Shown here one piece after another: positions 18,615-27,661 of a DNA stretch of 64,000 bases. The stretch is from assembly GCA_964654695.1 (NCBI GenBank), contig CAZZKJ010000002.1, positions 1,363 to 65,362 on the forward strand. The letters run 5' to 3'. Both the position numbers and the translations under genes were made by a program. Source of the stretch: an uncultured bacterium (lineage in GTDB: Bacteria > Krumholzibacteriota > Krumholzibacteriia > WVZY01). How positions within the stretch are numbered: position 1 is the stretch's first letter; each line of letters begins with the position of its first letter. The notes beneath the pieces are model-generated. The model ran no database searches, was not told where the DNA came from, and saw nothing but the letters and a program-made list of their open reading frames with translations.

Positions 18615-18630
18615 GGCAAGAGAGGTGCCA
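18615..18630 (-). promoter_or_regulatory. Sigma-54 (RpoN) promoter, minus strand: TGGCAC-ctctc-TTGCC (perfect -24 GG / -12 GC consensus) upstream of the tetrahaem cytochrome gene
   Basis: Plus strand reads GGCAAgagagGTGCCA at 18615-18630; its reverse complement is TGGCACctctcTTGCC. It lies 126 bp upstream of the ATG at 18489 and directly downstream of the sigma-54 activator gene. Confidence 0.65.
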
Positions 18631-18807
18631 CGTATTAAGCATATTTAAGTGTCTGCACAACCTGTTCATATTTTAAGAGTTTAGGGGGTATACGCCATTG
18701 ATAGGGAGAAAAGGGCAAAACGGAACATAGCGTTATATGGCGATATTTTGTGTGATATAACTAAGAGCAATTATTTCCGAAGTCAAACCGGAGGAAGAAA
18801 CAGGAGG

Positions 18808-20184
18808 TCAGTCTTCTTTGAGCAAATTGAATTTCTTCATTCTGTATCGCAAGGCATCGCGGCCGATACCAAGAACGCCGGCAGCCCGCGTTTGATTCCA
18901 CGATGTCCGGTCCAGGGCCTGGACGATGAGCTGCTTTTCAACATCCTCTATGGAAATGCCTTCGGGAGGAAGGCTGAAGGATCCTTTGCCGTTTCCGCGT
19001 TTAATCTTGGGCCCGGTATCAAGAGGAAAATCTTCCTTATCGATCACATCTTTTTCGCATAGAAGGACGGCCCTTTCCACCACGTTTCTCAATTCCCTCA
19101 CATTGCCCGGCCAGTGATAATCGCTTATGACCTTTTCGGTTTCAGCGGTGAAACTCTTTATTTTCTTTCCGCACGACCTGCTGGTTTTTTCCAAAAAATG
19201 CCTGGCTATAAGGATCTCATCGCCTTTGCGTTCCCGCAGCGGCGGGATAAAGACCGGTATCACGTTCAAACGGTAGTACAGATCTTCCCTGAACGATCCC
19301 TCTTCGACGAGATATTTGAGATCCTTGTTGGTAGCCGCCACTATCCTGACATCGACATCGACGTCCGCTATACCGCCGACCCTGCGGAATTTTTTTTCTT
19401 CGAGTATATGGAGCAGGTTAACCTGCGCGCTGGGCAGCAAATCCCCGATCTCGTTAAGAAAAACCGTTCCTCCATCGGCAAGTTCTATAAGCCCTTTCTT
19501 TGTGGTCTTGGCATCTGTAAAGGCGCCCTTTTCATGGCCGAACAGCTCGCTTTCGAACAGGTTATCTATTAGCGAAGGACTGTTTATCGCCATGAAAGGG
19601 TGGCTGCATCGAGGACTTTCGTAATGAATCACCTGCGCGATTAGATCTTTGCCCGATCCGCTCTCACCCTGAAGAAAAACCGTTGACAGGTTGTTTCTGG
19701 CAACTTTTGAGGCGAGCTTCTTGACTTCTTTCATCGCCTTCGACTCGCCGATTATGCTGTCTAATGAAAACGCTTTTTTCTGCCTGGCTACGAAACTCGA
19801 TTCTTTGAGCTTCAATCTCGAGGTTTCCAGCGCTTTTTCGATAACAATCTTGAATTCATCAATAATAAAAGGTTTATTCACATAATCGTATGCTCCCAGG
19901 CGCATCGCTTCCACCGCCGTGCCGACATCCGCATAAGCGGTCAGCATAACCACAGGCAAATCGGGATAGTATGCCTTGAGCTTGGCCAGTGTTTCCAAAC
20001 CCGACATCCCGGGAAGCTTGAGATCCAATACCACCAGGTCGGGCAGTTCTTTTTTAATGGAATCAATAGCTTCGCTGCCGCTGCTGGCTTCATCGGTACG
20101 GTATCCCAGTTTGGCCAATCCGCGGACCAGGCTCCAGCGAACGAGCTTTTCGTCATCTACTATAAGCACAAAGCTTTTTCTCAT
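18808..20184 (-). CDS. Sigma-54-dependent response regulator (NtrC/AtoC family: REC + AAA+ sigma-54 activator + Fis-type HTH)
   Basis: REC domain with phospho-acceptor in 'LVVLDLKLPGMSG'. Walker A 'GESGSGKDLIAQ', GAFTGA-like 'HEKGAFTDA', arginine finger region 'REDLYYRLNV'. C-terminal HTH 'RTSWNQTRAAGVLGIGRDALRYRMKKFN'. Confidence 0.85.
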   Translation of the reverse strand: MRKSFVLIVDDEKLVRWSLVRGLAKLGYRTDEASSGSEAIDSIKKELPDLVVLDLKLPGMSGLETLAKLKAYYPDLPVVMLTAYADVGTAVEAMRLGAYDYVNKPFIIDEFKIVIEKALETSRLKLKESSFVARQKKAFSLDSIIGESKAMKEVKKLASKVARNNLSTVFLQGESGSGKDLIAQVIHYESPRCSHPFMAINSPSLIDNLFESELFGHEKGAFTDAKTTKKGLIELADGGTVFLNEIGDLLPSAQVNLLHILEEKKFRRVGGIADVDVDVRIVAATNKDLKYLVEEGSFREDLYYRLNVIPVFIPPLRERKGDEILIARHFLEKTSRSCGKKIKSFTAETEKVISDYHWPGNVRELRNVVERAVLLCEKDVIDKEDFPLDTGPKIKRGNGKGSFSLPPEGISIEDVEKQLIVQALDRTSWNQTRAAGVLGIGRDALRYRMKKFNLLKED

Positions 20185-20639
20185 AATTGTTGAACAGCCC
20201 CCAAATGCTCTGAGACAGAGTTTTATCGATTCCTCTAGCGATCATAAAACCATGTGTACTCTCAGGAGGAAAAACAGCCTCTCATGCGGTTTTTATATCG
20301 GGATAAAAGTTTCCGTCAACGATAATATATCGGATCGAACCCTATGCGCCTTTAATTATACTATTTTATGTCCTTATTATCACTATTAAAATCGTATCCT
20401 GAAAGGTTCAAAATCTTGTGGAAATGTTCCCTCGGGAGGGAGCTCTGATTCTGTCATTTCACTCAGTTCTGCGTCCTATGGCTCATCTCCCGGACTGAAA
20501 AACCGTTTCTGCCTTGGAAAAAACAAGCGGGGACGGTTTCATAGAATAATACCATAAAATACATACATTCAATACCTTAAAATGCTCATTGAAGTTTCGC
20601 GGTTGCTCGCAATCAGGTAATACCGGGGTTTCGGAGTCA

Positions 20640-20655
20640 AGGTACACAAGTTGCA
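20640..20655 (+). promoter_or_regulatory. Sigma-54 promoter, plus strand: aGGTAC-acaag-TTGCA (-24 GG / -12 GC, 2 mismatches to TGGCAC-N5-TTGCA) upstream of the NHL/cytochrome/barrel operon
   Basis: GG at 20641-20642 and GC at 20653-20654 with correct 10-nt spacing, 181 bp upstream of the ATG at 20836. It sits in a 650-bp AT-rich divergent intergenic region next to the sigma-54 activator gene. Confidence 0.55.
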
Positions 20656-20835
20656 CATAAAAACGAAGCGCAACCAGACGGGATTCCAAAGCGCCGCTGA
20701 TATTTCGTTCTCAGCCCTCTTCTGGAAGGTTCAAAACCGATTTTGCCGGTTACGGCGAACCGCTGGGATATCCCGTCCGGCACGCATTATCTAACCGTGT
20801 GGATCGACCAGAAAGTATCATAAAAGGTGTGACCA

Positions 20836-21951
20836 ATGAATTACCAGAATAATCCCGGAGTACGTCGGCTCATTGTCATTTCAACGGCATTATCGGCACT
20901 GTTGGCCGCCGCAGCGCTCATGACCAGCTGCTCGACGGCTCGTATGAGCAAAGATTCGATAGAGGTATTCTACCCGCCCCCACCGGAAGAACCCAAAATA
21001 CAGTTCTTGCAATCATTCAATTCATCAGCCGATATCGAAGACAAGCAATCATGGTTCGCAAAAACCGTTGTCGGCTCCAAGCAGCTTCAAAAAGGCCTTG
21101 GCAAACCTTACGGCATCACAATCGACAGGGGCAAAATCTATATCTGCGACACTTTGATCGGATCGATCGTCGTGATTGATCTGGACAAAAAGACCTTCGA
21201 ACTTTTCCCCGATAAGGGCAGAGGCAAATTGATCAAACCGATACACATTACAATCGACAGCGATGGGTTCAAATATGTATCGGACATCGGCAGAGGACAG
21301 ATTGTGGTTTTTGACGATCAAAACAAATATATAAAAACGATCGGCACCAAGAATGAATTACTCCCAGCCGACGCGGCGGTCTGGGGAGATACTTTGTTTA
21401 TAGCGGACACAAAGGATAATGAAGCCGAAGCAAGGAATAAACGCACCGGCGAACTGCTGTTCAAGTTCGGCAGAGGCGGCAATGAAAAAGGTGAGTTTCT
21501 TAAACCAACGAATATATCTCTAGACTCCGATGGGAACCTATACATAACGGATACAATTAATTTCCGCGTGCAGAAATTCGACCGGAGGGGAAATCTGCTG
21601 ACCGTTTTTGGCAAGGCCGGCGACGGTATCGGAGCTTTCACGCGTCCAAAAGGAACCGCGCTCGATAAAATGGATAACCTGTATGTTGTCGACAGCGCCT
21701 TCGAAAATGTTCAAATTTTTGACCAAACCGGGGATGTGCTGATGTTTTTTGGTGGAGCCGGAGCGGATCCGGGATCGATGTATCTGCCTGCAGATATATA
21801 TATAGATTACGACAATATTGAATATTTCCAAAAGCATGCGGCCGATGATTTTGAAATCGAATATTTGATTTTCGTAACCAACCAGTACGGTTCAATGAAG
21901 ATCAACGTATATGGTTTCGGCCATTCCAAGAACGGGAGCGGAGGATCTTGA
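20836..21951 (+). CDS. NHL-repeat six-bladed beta-propeller lipoprotein
   Basis: Lipoprotein signal with lipobox 'LMTSC'. Repeated NHL units ('KPYGITIDRGKIYICDT', 'KPIHITIDSDGFKYVSD', 'KPTNISLDSDGNLYITDTINFRVQKFD', 'RPKGTALDKMDNLYVVDSAFENVQIFD'). Confidence 0.75.
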   Translation: MNYQNNPGVRRLIVISTALSALLAAAALMTSCSTARMSKDSIEVFYPPPPEEPKIQFLQSFNSSADIEDKQSWFAKTVVGSKQLQKGLGKPYGITIDRGKIYICDTLIGSIVVIDLDKKTFELFPDKGRGKLIKPIHITIDSDGFKYVSDIGRGQIVVFDDQNKYIKTIGTKNELLPADAAVWGDTLFIADTKDNEAEARNKRTGELLFKFGRGGNEKGEFLKPTNISLDSDGNLYITDTINFRVQKFDRRGNLLTVFGKAGDGIGAFTRPKGTALDKMDNLYVVDSAFENVQIFDQTGDVLMFFGGAGADPGSMYLPADIYIDYDNIEYFQKHAADDFEIEYLIFVTNQYGSMKINVYGFGHSKNGSGGS

Positions 21952-22760
21952 TTAGAAAAAAGGCATCGAACAGATTTTTTGCGGCTCTGTGGAAACTCAC
22001 ATCCGAAGTATCTGTATATCCGCCGGGATCTCTCGCGATCCGCCGGCGGCGGGAATACACGCCTGCGGCCCTCTGGATATTGTGCTGTCTTATCGGATGG
22101 GCTACGGCGAACTGCTCTTCACAAACCAGGTATAATGTGCTGAGCACAGTATTCGACGGGGTTCCGCCACCCATAAGTGCAGTCTCTGATTATGCGGACA
22201 GCTTGTCAGTCAGGGCATCCAGGGATTGGGAGCTGGAACAAATCACGACCTACGCCCATGGGCCGTTCGCTGCAAAAGAATGCGGGGCTTGTCACAACCT
22301 GCCTGAAACAAAAAGTTTTAGAAACGGCATGAATAAGAGTTATGCCGTTCCGTCTTATTCCAGCAGCGCGAATAAAATGGGGAGGCTTCTCCGGCCGGAA
22401 GAAGAACTTTGTTCATACTGCCATTATGAAAAATCCGCCGACAATCCCGATAATAATGACAAGTTTCTTCACGGACCCGTGGCGGCCGGAGAATGCATCG
22501 TCTGCCATCATCCACATCAGTCGCCCAGACCGTTCATGCTTCTAAAATCTCCGGATTGGGAGCTCTGCTCGTCCTGCCATGGAGACGAAAATGAAAAGAG
22601 TTTCAAGCACATGAACGCCGATGCCGGCAGCGGATCTGCCGGCACGGCGAATAATAAATGCATCGAATGCCACGATCCTCATTCGAGCAGCAGGCAGTAT
22701 ATGTTGAAGAAAAGCGCCGATATTACTAAATCCTCCGCGACCGGCGAAAGCAGCATTTGA
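21948..22760 (+). CDS. Pentahaem c-type cytochrome (c3/c7-like, doubled-CXXCH type)
   Basis: Five CxxCH motifs ('CGACHNL', 'CSYCHYE', 'CIVCHHPH', 'CSSCHGD', 'CIECHDPH'). TTG start at 21948 is preceded by GGAGG and overlaps the upstream stop (TTGA). N-terminal hydrophobic segment 'ILCCLIGWATANCSS'. Confidence 0.75.
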   Translation: MIRKKASNRFFAALWKLTSEVSVYPPGSLAIRRRREYTPAALWILCCLIGWATANCSSQTRYNVLSTVFDGVPPPISAVSDYADSLSVRASRDWELEQITTYAHGPFAAKECGACHNLPETKSFRNGMNKSYAVPSYSSSANKMGRLLRPEEELCSYCHYEKSADNPDNNDKFLHGPVAAGECIVCHHPHQSPRPFMLLKSPDWELCSSCHGDENEKSFKHMNADAGSGSAGTANNKCIECHDPHSSSRQYMLKKSADITKSSATGESSI

Positions 22761-24772
22761 GAATCAGCAGCTCGAGGCTTACAATGCCCCCTGCAAGAAA
22801 AGAAAAAACAAATAATAAAACCGGCTGCACCCGTTTGCACCGGACCGCAGCGCTTGCATTCATCGCTTTGGTTTTGACGGCCCTTTTCCCCCGGTATTCA
22901 CAGGCCCAGGAAGTGAGACTCTTCAAGATTACTGCATATGAAGGTTACCTGGGCTTCGGCTATGAGTATCAGCGGGAAATGTGGGATAAATCCCAGCGCT
23001 TTCAGAACCTGCTCGCAAAGAATCACAGGTTCACGGAAGAACCTTCTCTTGATGTTTGGAGTTATTTTTATCATCCAAACGTTGCAAAAATCAAAACTTC
23101 TTTGACATGGACGCAGCGCCAGGAATTTCTGTCCAATGAATCGGCTCCCAACTACAACACCGGCATTGCCATAAAGGATTTTAGCGCGGATGCGGAGCTT
23201 TTCAAACGCCTTCCGGTCAATTTCCAGCTTTTCGCATCGCGGATCACTACCACCATCGACAATACTTACTGGTCTAAACGCGATCTTATTACCAGGAGAC
23301 TGGGAGCAAGAATAAATCTAAGGTCCCTTCTTCTTCCCGCCTCGCTCCAATCAAGCACCACCGAACAGGAAGGATTTGGTTTCTATTATTACCGGGAGAA
23401 ACGCAAAGATCTTCGGCTTGACATTTCCAACAACAATAAGTTCATACGCACCACGTTAAGCGGCGAAACCGCCGATATCTGGAGATCCGAACAAAACGTT
23501 AACAGTAAAATCGACCAGGCGGAGATTCAAAACATTTTCAATCCAAACAATATGGGAAGGGCTCAACTCGTATCCAACGTCCATTATTACCGGCAGAGAA
23601 ACGGCTACAACACGAAAAATTTCAGCGTCTTGGAAAACCTCAACATGCACTTGACATCGCGCCTGTCAATGCAGCTGTCTTATTCCAATTCTTCAGGAAC
23701 TTCACAGAATTTGAGCAACAAGACCGAAGTATTTCAGGGTATACTGTCACACAGGTTATACGAAAGCCTTCTCAGCTCGCTGGAGTTCTTCAGGACGTCC
23801 TTCGGTTTCGACCGCGGGAAACAAACGGACAGGGGAGGGAGGGTAGGTATTTCCTATCATAAATTCGTGCCTTTCGGCAAAATAGAAGCAGGGTACACGG
23901 CGCGATATCAGGAAGAATGGCAGGACTTCGAAGAAGATCTCGCCGCAATAATAAAGGAATCGCACCAGTTTATTCCTGGGGTTCCGCTGTTTCTCGACAG
24001 GCAGTTGATTAAACCCGAAACCATTGAGATACGCGACGAAACCGGCATTATTCTATACGAAGAAGGCATCGACTATATCATCAGGGCTTTTAGCAGTTAC
24101 ACTGAGATTATCATTCTTCCCGCCGGAAATATTCCGCGCGACGCGTTTTTGCAGGTAAGTTACCAGTTCCAGGTGGACCCCGCGCTGTCGTTCAAAACCT
24201 TGTCCGCTCAGTGGAATACATCAATCAATGTTAAAAATAAACTCATCATCAGCTACAAGCAAAGCGCCGACGATCAGACTCTGCTCGGCGGAATCGACGC
24301 CGGGAACCTCCAGGATATCAATCAAAACACGCTCACGGTTCAGACAATTATTAAAGGCTCCACAACGACCATGGAGTACCAGAAATACGGGGCCGATATA
24401 AATCCATTCAATGCCAGGAGGATAAATGAATATTTCTTCCATAATTTTTCCAGCAAAACCCAGATGAACCTTCAGGCAGATTACACAGTCATTGATTTTA
24501 CCGGAACGCCTGTCACCGCTACTTTATGGGACGTTATTCTTGGTTTCAAAAGCAGGCTCTCGCGGTCTATGAAACTCAACTTTCGCTCTTATTACCGGGA
24601 GCACCGCGGCCAGGGCGATACCAGCGTGATCTATGGATTGGAGAACGAACTCAGATACAGGTTCCGGATGGTTGAACTCTTTGCTTCGGGCGCGTTCGAA
24701 TACGGCCGGATCGAAGGATTTGAAAAGAGAAATAGAATATTTTTAAAAACCCAATTGAGAAGATATTTTTGA
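22757..24772 (+). CDS. Large outer-membrane beta-barrel protein (porin-like, ~670 aa; candidate porin of a porin-cytochrome conduit)
   Basis: N-terminal signal-like 'AALAFIALVLTALFPRYSQAQE'. Amphipathic beta-strand periodicity runs throughout, rich in Y/F/N/S/T/Q. C-terminal residue is Phe ('LRRYF'), the classical OMP barrel sorting signature. No enzymatic motifs. Start overlaps the upstream stop by 4 bp. Confidence 0.55.
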   Translation: MRISSSRLTMPPARKEKTNNKTGCTRLHRTAALAFIALVLTALFPRYSQAQEVRLFKITAYEGYLGFGYEYQREMWDKSQRFQNLLAKNHRFTEEPSLDVWSYFYHPNVAKIKTSLTWTQRQEFLSNESAPNYNTGIAIKDFSADAELFKRLPVNFQLFASRITTTIDNTYWSKRDLITRRLGARINLRSLLLPASLQSSTTEQEGFGFYYYREKRKDLRLDISNNNKFIRTTLSGETADIWRSEQNVNSKIDQAEIQNIFNPNNMGRAQLVSNVHYYRQRNGYNTKNFSVLENLNMHLTSRLSMQLSYSNSSGTSQNLSNKTEVFQGILSHRLYESLLSSLEFFRTSFGFDRGKQTDRGGRVGISYHKFVPFGKIEAGYTARYQEEWQDFEEDLAAIIKESHQFIPGVPLFLDRQLIKPETIEIRDETGIILYEEGIDYIIRAFSSYTEIIILPAGNIPRDAFLQVSYQFQVDPALSFKTLSAQWNTSINVKNKLIISYKQSADDQTLLGGIDAGNLQDINQNTLTVQTIIKGSTTTMEYQKYGADINPFNARRINEYFFHNFSSKTQMNLQADYTVIDFTGTPVTATLWDVILGFKSRLSRSMKLNFRSYYREHRGQGDTSVIYGLENELRYRFRMVELFASGAFEYGRIEGFEKRNRIFLKTQLRRYF

Positions 24773-25809
24773 GGCTTATGAAATCATTTATGAACAACAA
24801 AACCGTAATAGCAGCAGTCCTGATCGCATGCACGGCCGCGTTCTCATGTTCAAGGAAAGCCGCCTCACCCAAGAAAACGCGGATCTCCTGGCCGGCCGAT
24901 CCCGAAAGGGCCCGCGTGCGTTTCGTGACAGGCTTTTTTGCGCAGGAGGGATTAGAGCACGAACCGGGTTTCTTCGGCAGCCTGCGAAGGTTCATCACGG
25001 GCGGCAAATCTCCTTCCCTGCAGCAGCCTTACGGTCTGGAAACCGCGGACGACGGCAGCCTCTATGTAGTGGATACCGGGCTCAGGAAAATTATTATCTT
25101 TTCAAAGGAGGGACGCAAACTCGGCGAACTTTCTGCAGACCACCGCCTCTTATCGCCGATAGATATAGCTATCACCGGCGGCAGGATATTCGTTACCGAT
25201 TCCGCAAGGAAAAAAGTCTTCATCATCGACAAAAAAGGCAAAATCATCGGATCTATCGGCGAAGGCATTTTCGAACGGCCGACAGGGATCGCTGCATCAG
25301 CGGATGGACGTTATTTGTATACCGTCGATACCGCCGGGCACTGCATTTTCAGAACCAGCCCGGACGGAAAAGCTCTGAAGCGAATCGGCAAAAGAGGCTC
25401 GGCCCCGGGGGAATTCAATTATCCGACAAACATAACCGTGTCCGCAGACGGCCGAATCATAGTAACCGATTCAATGAATTTCCGCATACAAATCATGGAT
25501 GCCGGGGGCGCCCCACTGGCATCAATAGGAACCGCCGGCGACGGGCCGGGGACCTTTTCAAAGCCGAGGGGCGTGGCGGTCGACAGTGAAGGGCATATTT
25601 ATGTAGTAGACGCGATGTTCGATAACGTTCAAGTGTTCTCGCTCGATGGGACGCTGCTCCTGGCTTTCGGCTCGTCGGGTTACGGCCCGGGCCGTTTTTA
25701 TCTTCCCAGCGGAATATTTATAGATTCCAACGACAGGATATTCATCGCAGACACTTTCAACCGGGCCGTCCAGGTATTCGATTACATGCCGGAAGGGAAT
25801 GCCGATTGA
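24769..25809 (+). CDS. NHL-repeat six-bladed beta-propeller lipoprotein (second copy)
   Basis: Lipobox 'AAFSC'. NHL repeats ('QPYGLETADDGSLYVVDTGLRKIIIFS', 'SPIDIAITGGRIFVTDSARKKVFIID', 'YPTNITVSADGRIIVTDSMNFRIQIMD', 'KPRGVAVDSEGHIYVVDAMFDNVQVFS', 'LPSGIFIDSNDRIFIADTFNRAVQVFD'). Start overlaps the upstream stop. Confidence 0.75.
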   Translation: MRLMKSFMNNKTVIAAVLIACTAAFSCSRKAASPKKTRISWPADPERARVRFVTGFFAQEGLEHEPGFFGSLRRFITGGKSPSLQQPYGLETADDGSLYVVDTGLRKIIIFSKEGRKLGELSADHRLLSPIDIAITGGRIFVTDSARKKVFIIDKKGKIIGSIGEGIFERPTGIAASADGRYLYTVDTAGHCIFRTSPDGKALKRIGKRGSAPGEFNYPTNITVSADGRIIVTDSMNFRIQIMDAGGAPLASIGTAGDGPGTFSKPRGVAVDSEGHIYVVDAMFDNVQVFSLDGTLLLAFGSSGYGPGRFYLPSGIFIDSNDRIFIADTFNRAVQVFDYMPEGNAD

Positions 25810-27602
25810 TGCCGCGCGGGAACCGCTGCATAAAGGGCGTACGTATCTTTTTTAGGCGTTCGAAAAATCGCCGCAGTACTCCCGGAAAAGTTACTGGGGC
25901 CTTATTTACCGGGGCTTTCCTGGCCGCCTTCGCGGCTTCTACCTGCGCAACTTTGGAAATCAGAGCGCAGTCCGGTGTAATCGTATCGACCAAGCATAAT
26001 TTATCAATAAGCGGACCTGGATCGGTAAAAGCCGTGGACGAGACCAGGATTTGTATCTTCTGTCACACCCCCCACAGGGCAAGCAGCAGCGGCCCGCTGT
26101 GGAACAAGATGGATTCGCAGGCCGGCTACCTGCCCTATCAAAGCACGAGCATGCACGTTCTTCCCGGCCAGCCCGCCGGCAGCTCGAAACTCTGTTTGAG
26201 CTGCCATGACGGCACAATCGCCCTGGGACTCCTGGTTAGCGAACAGGCCCAACTGGGTATGACCTTCCAGTTCCCTACCGGCAGGAGCCTGCTGGGCACG
26301 GATCTAAGAGACGATCATCCGGTCAGTTTTTTATACGATGCCGGACTTGCCGCCGCGAATCCGGAACTGATAGACCCCGTGGGAAATCCCGACGTGCATC
26401 TTGATATGAACCAGCAGATGCAGTGCAATTCCTGTCACGATGCCCATAACAATATTCACGGACATTTCCTGCGAGAATCCAATACTCGGTCCGCGCTGTG
26501 CAGGCGGTGTCATGTTAAGAATGGATGGAACACCTGCAGCCACGCGGTTTCAACGAAATCCTGGAACGGCGCCGCTCCGGATCCATGGCCCTATACCGGC
26601 GAGCAGACCGTAGCCGACAACGCATGTGCCAACTGCCATTCCCCGCATCTTGCCGGCGAACCGGAGAGGCTTCTCTATAATGCGATCGAAGAACAGAACT
26701 GTTTCAAGTGCCATAACGGGCACGCTGCATCTAAGAACGTCGAAGCGGATTTTGCCAAGATATCCTACCATCCCGTAGACATGTATCAATCGGTCCACCA
26801 GCCCGGCGAAGATCCCGCGGCCATGAATAAGCATGTCGAATGCCTCGACTGCCATAACCCCCATGTCGCGAACGCGCTCGGCAACGAACAACCCCCGGCA
26901 AACCGCAGCCAGACCAAAGGTGTATCCGGGGTTACGAATTCAAATAATTTTACGGCCGAAGCGGTTTACCAGTATGAAATATGCTTCAAATGCCACGCCG
27001 GACAGCACTCCGCTTCCGCGAAAGTGCCTCGGGTCATCGCCCAGACCGATACCAGGTTCGAATTCGATCCCGGCAATCCTTCATACCACCCGGTCGAAGC
27101 CGCCGGCAGAAACCAGGATTGCCCCAGTCTCAAGTCGCCTTACACGACATCGAGCATCATCTATTGTACGGACTGCCATTCGAGCGATACCGGAACCGGC
27201 GCCGGAGGCCAGGGCGCAAGCGGCCCGCACGGTTCCGCATGGGAGCCGATCCTGGAAAGACGTTTCGAACTTTCCAACGGCCTCAGGGAAAACGCGGATA
27301 TATACGCCTTGTGTTACAAGTGCCATGATCGTCAGAATATTTTGGACAACCGGAGCTTCAAGGAACACAAGAAGCATATAGACGGAGAAAAAGCATCGTG
27401 CGCTACCTGCCATGATCCCCATGGTATAAGCTCGACCCAGGGAAATACCTCCAATAACACGCACCTGATAAACTTCAACACACTCGAAGTCACACCGAGC
27501 AAATCCGGAAAGCTGGAATTCATCGACGACGGTTATCGCCGCGGCAGGTGTTACCTGACATGCCACAGGAAAAACCACGATCCCAAAGACTATAAACCGT
27601 AG
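25806..27602 (+). CDS. Large multihaem c-type cytochrome, 11 canonical CxxCH plus one CX3CH motif
   Basis: CxxCH at CIFCH, CLSCH, CNSCH, CRRCH, CANCH, CFKCH, CLDCH, CFKCH, CTDCH, CYKCH and CATCH, plus C-terminal 'CYLTCH'. N-terminal signal-like 'ALFTGAFLAAFAASTCA'. The first ~200 aa are paralogous to the tetrahaem cytochrome at 17818-18489 (shared 'SKLCLSCHDGT'). Confidence 0.8.
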   Translation: MMPRGNRCIKGVRIFFRRSKNRRSTPGKVTGALFTGAFLAAFAASTCATLEIRAQSGVIVSTKHNLSISGPGSVKAVDETRICIFCHTPHRASSSGPLWNKMDSQAGYLPYQSTSMHVLPGQPAGSSKLCLSCHDGTIALGLLVSEQAQLGMTFQFPTGRSLLGTDLRDDHPVSFLYDAGLAAANPELIDPVGNPDVHLDMNQQMQCNSCHDAHNNIHGHFLRESNTRSALCRRCHVKNGWNTCSHAVSTKSWNGAAPDPWPYTGEQTVADNACANCHSPHLAGEPERLLYNAIEEQNCFKCHNGHAASKNVEADFAKISYHPVDMYQSVHQPGEDPAAMNKHVECLDCHNPHVANALGNEQPPANRSQTKGVSGVTNSNNFTAEAVYQYEICFKCHAGQHSASAKVPRVIAQTDTRFEFDPGNPSYHPVEAAGRNQDCPSLKSPYTTSSIIYCTDCHSSDTGTGAGGQGASGPHGSAWEPILERRFELSNGLRENADIYALCYKCHDRQNILDNRSFKEHKKHIDGEKASCATCHDPHGISSTQGNTSNNTHLINFNTLEVTPSKSGKLEFIDDGYRRGRCYLTCHRKNHDPKDYKP

Positions 27603-27661
27603 CTCCGGCCGCTGACGGCGACTCCATCGCGGCATCGAAACATGGGTAAAACCATGGGTTT

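Noticed and set aside
18490-18669. 60-aa N-terminal extension of the cytochrome ORF in the ORF track (start at 18669)
   Set aside because: The extension has no signal peptide and contains the sigma-54 promoter (18615-18630). The internal Met at 18489 begins a canonical signal peptide, so the shorter gene model was adopted.
20320-20345. tRNA-like 'GGGTTCGATCC' T-loop motif on the minus strand
   Set aside because: The flanking sequence cannot be folded into acceptor, D or anticodon arms. The region is AT-rich promoter DNA between divergent genes.
27603-27661. Possible bidirectional terminator between the convergent 12-haem and minus-strand cytochrome genes
   Set aside because: It has only imperfect short repeats (catgggt twice) and no convincing GC stem plus T-run. 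It is too weak to call.
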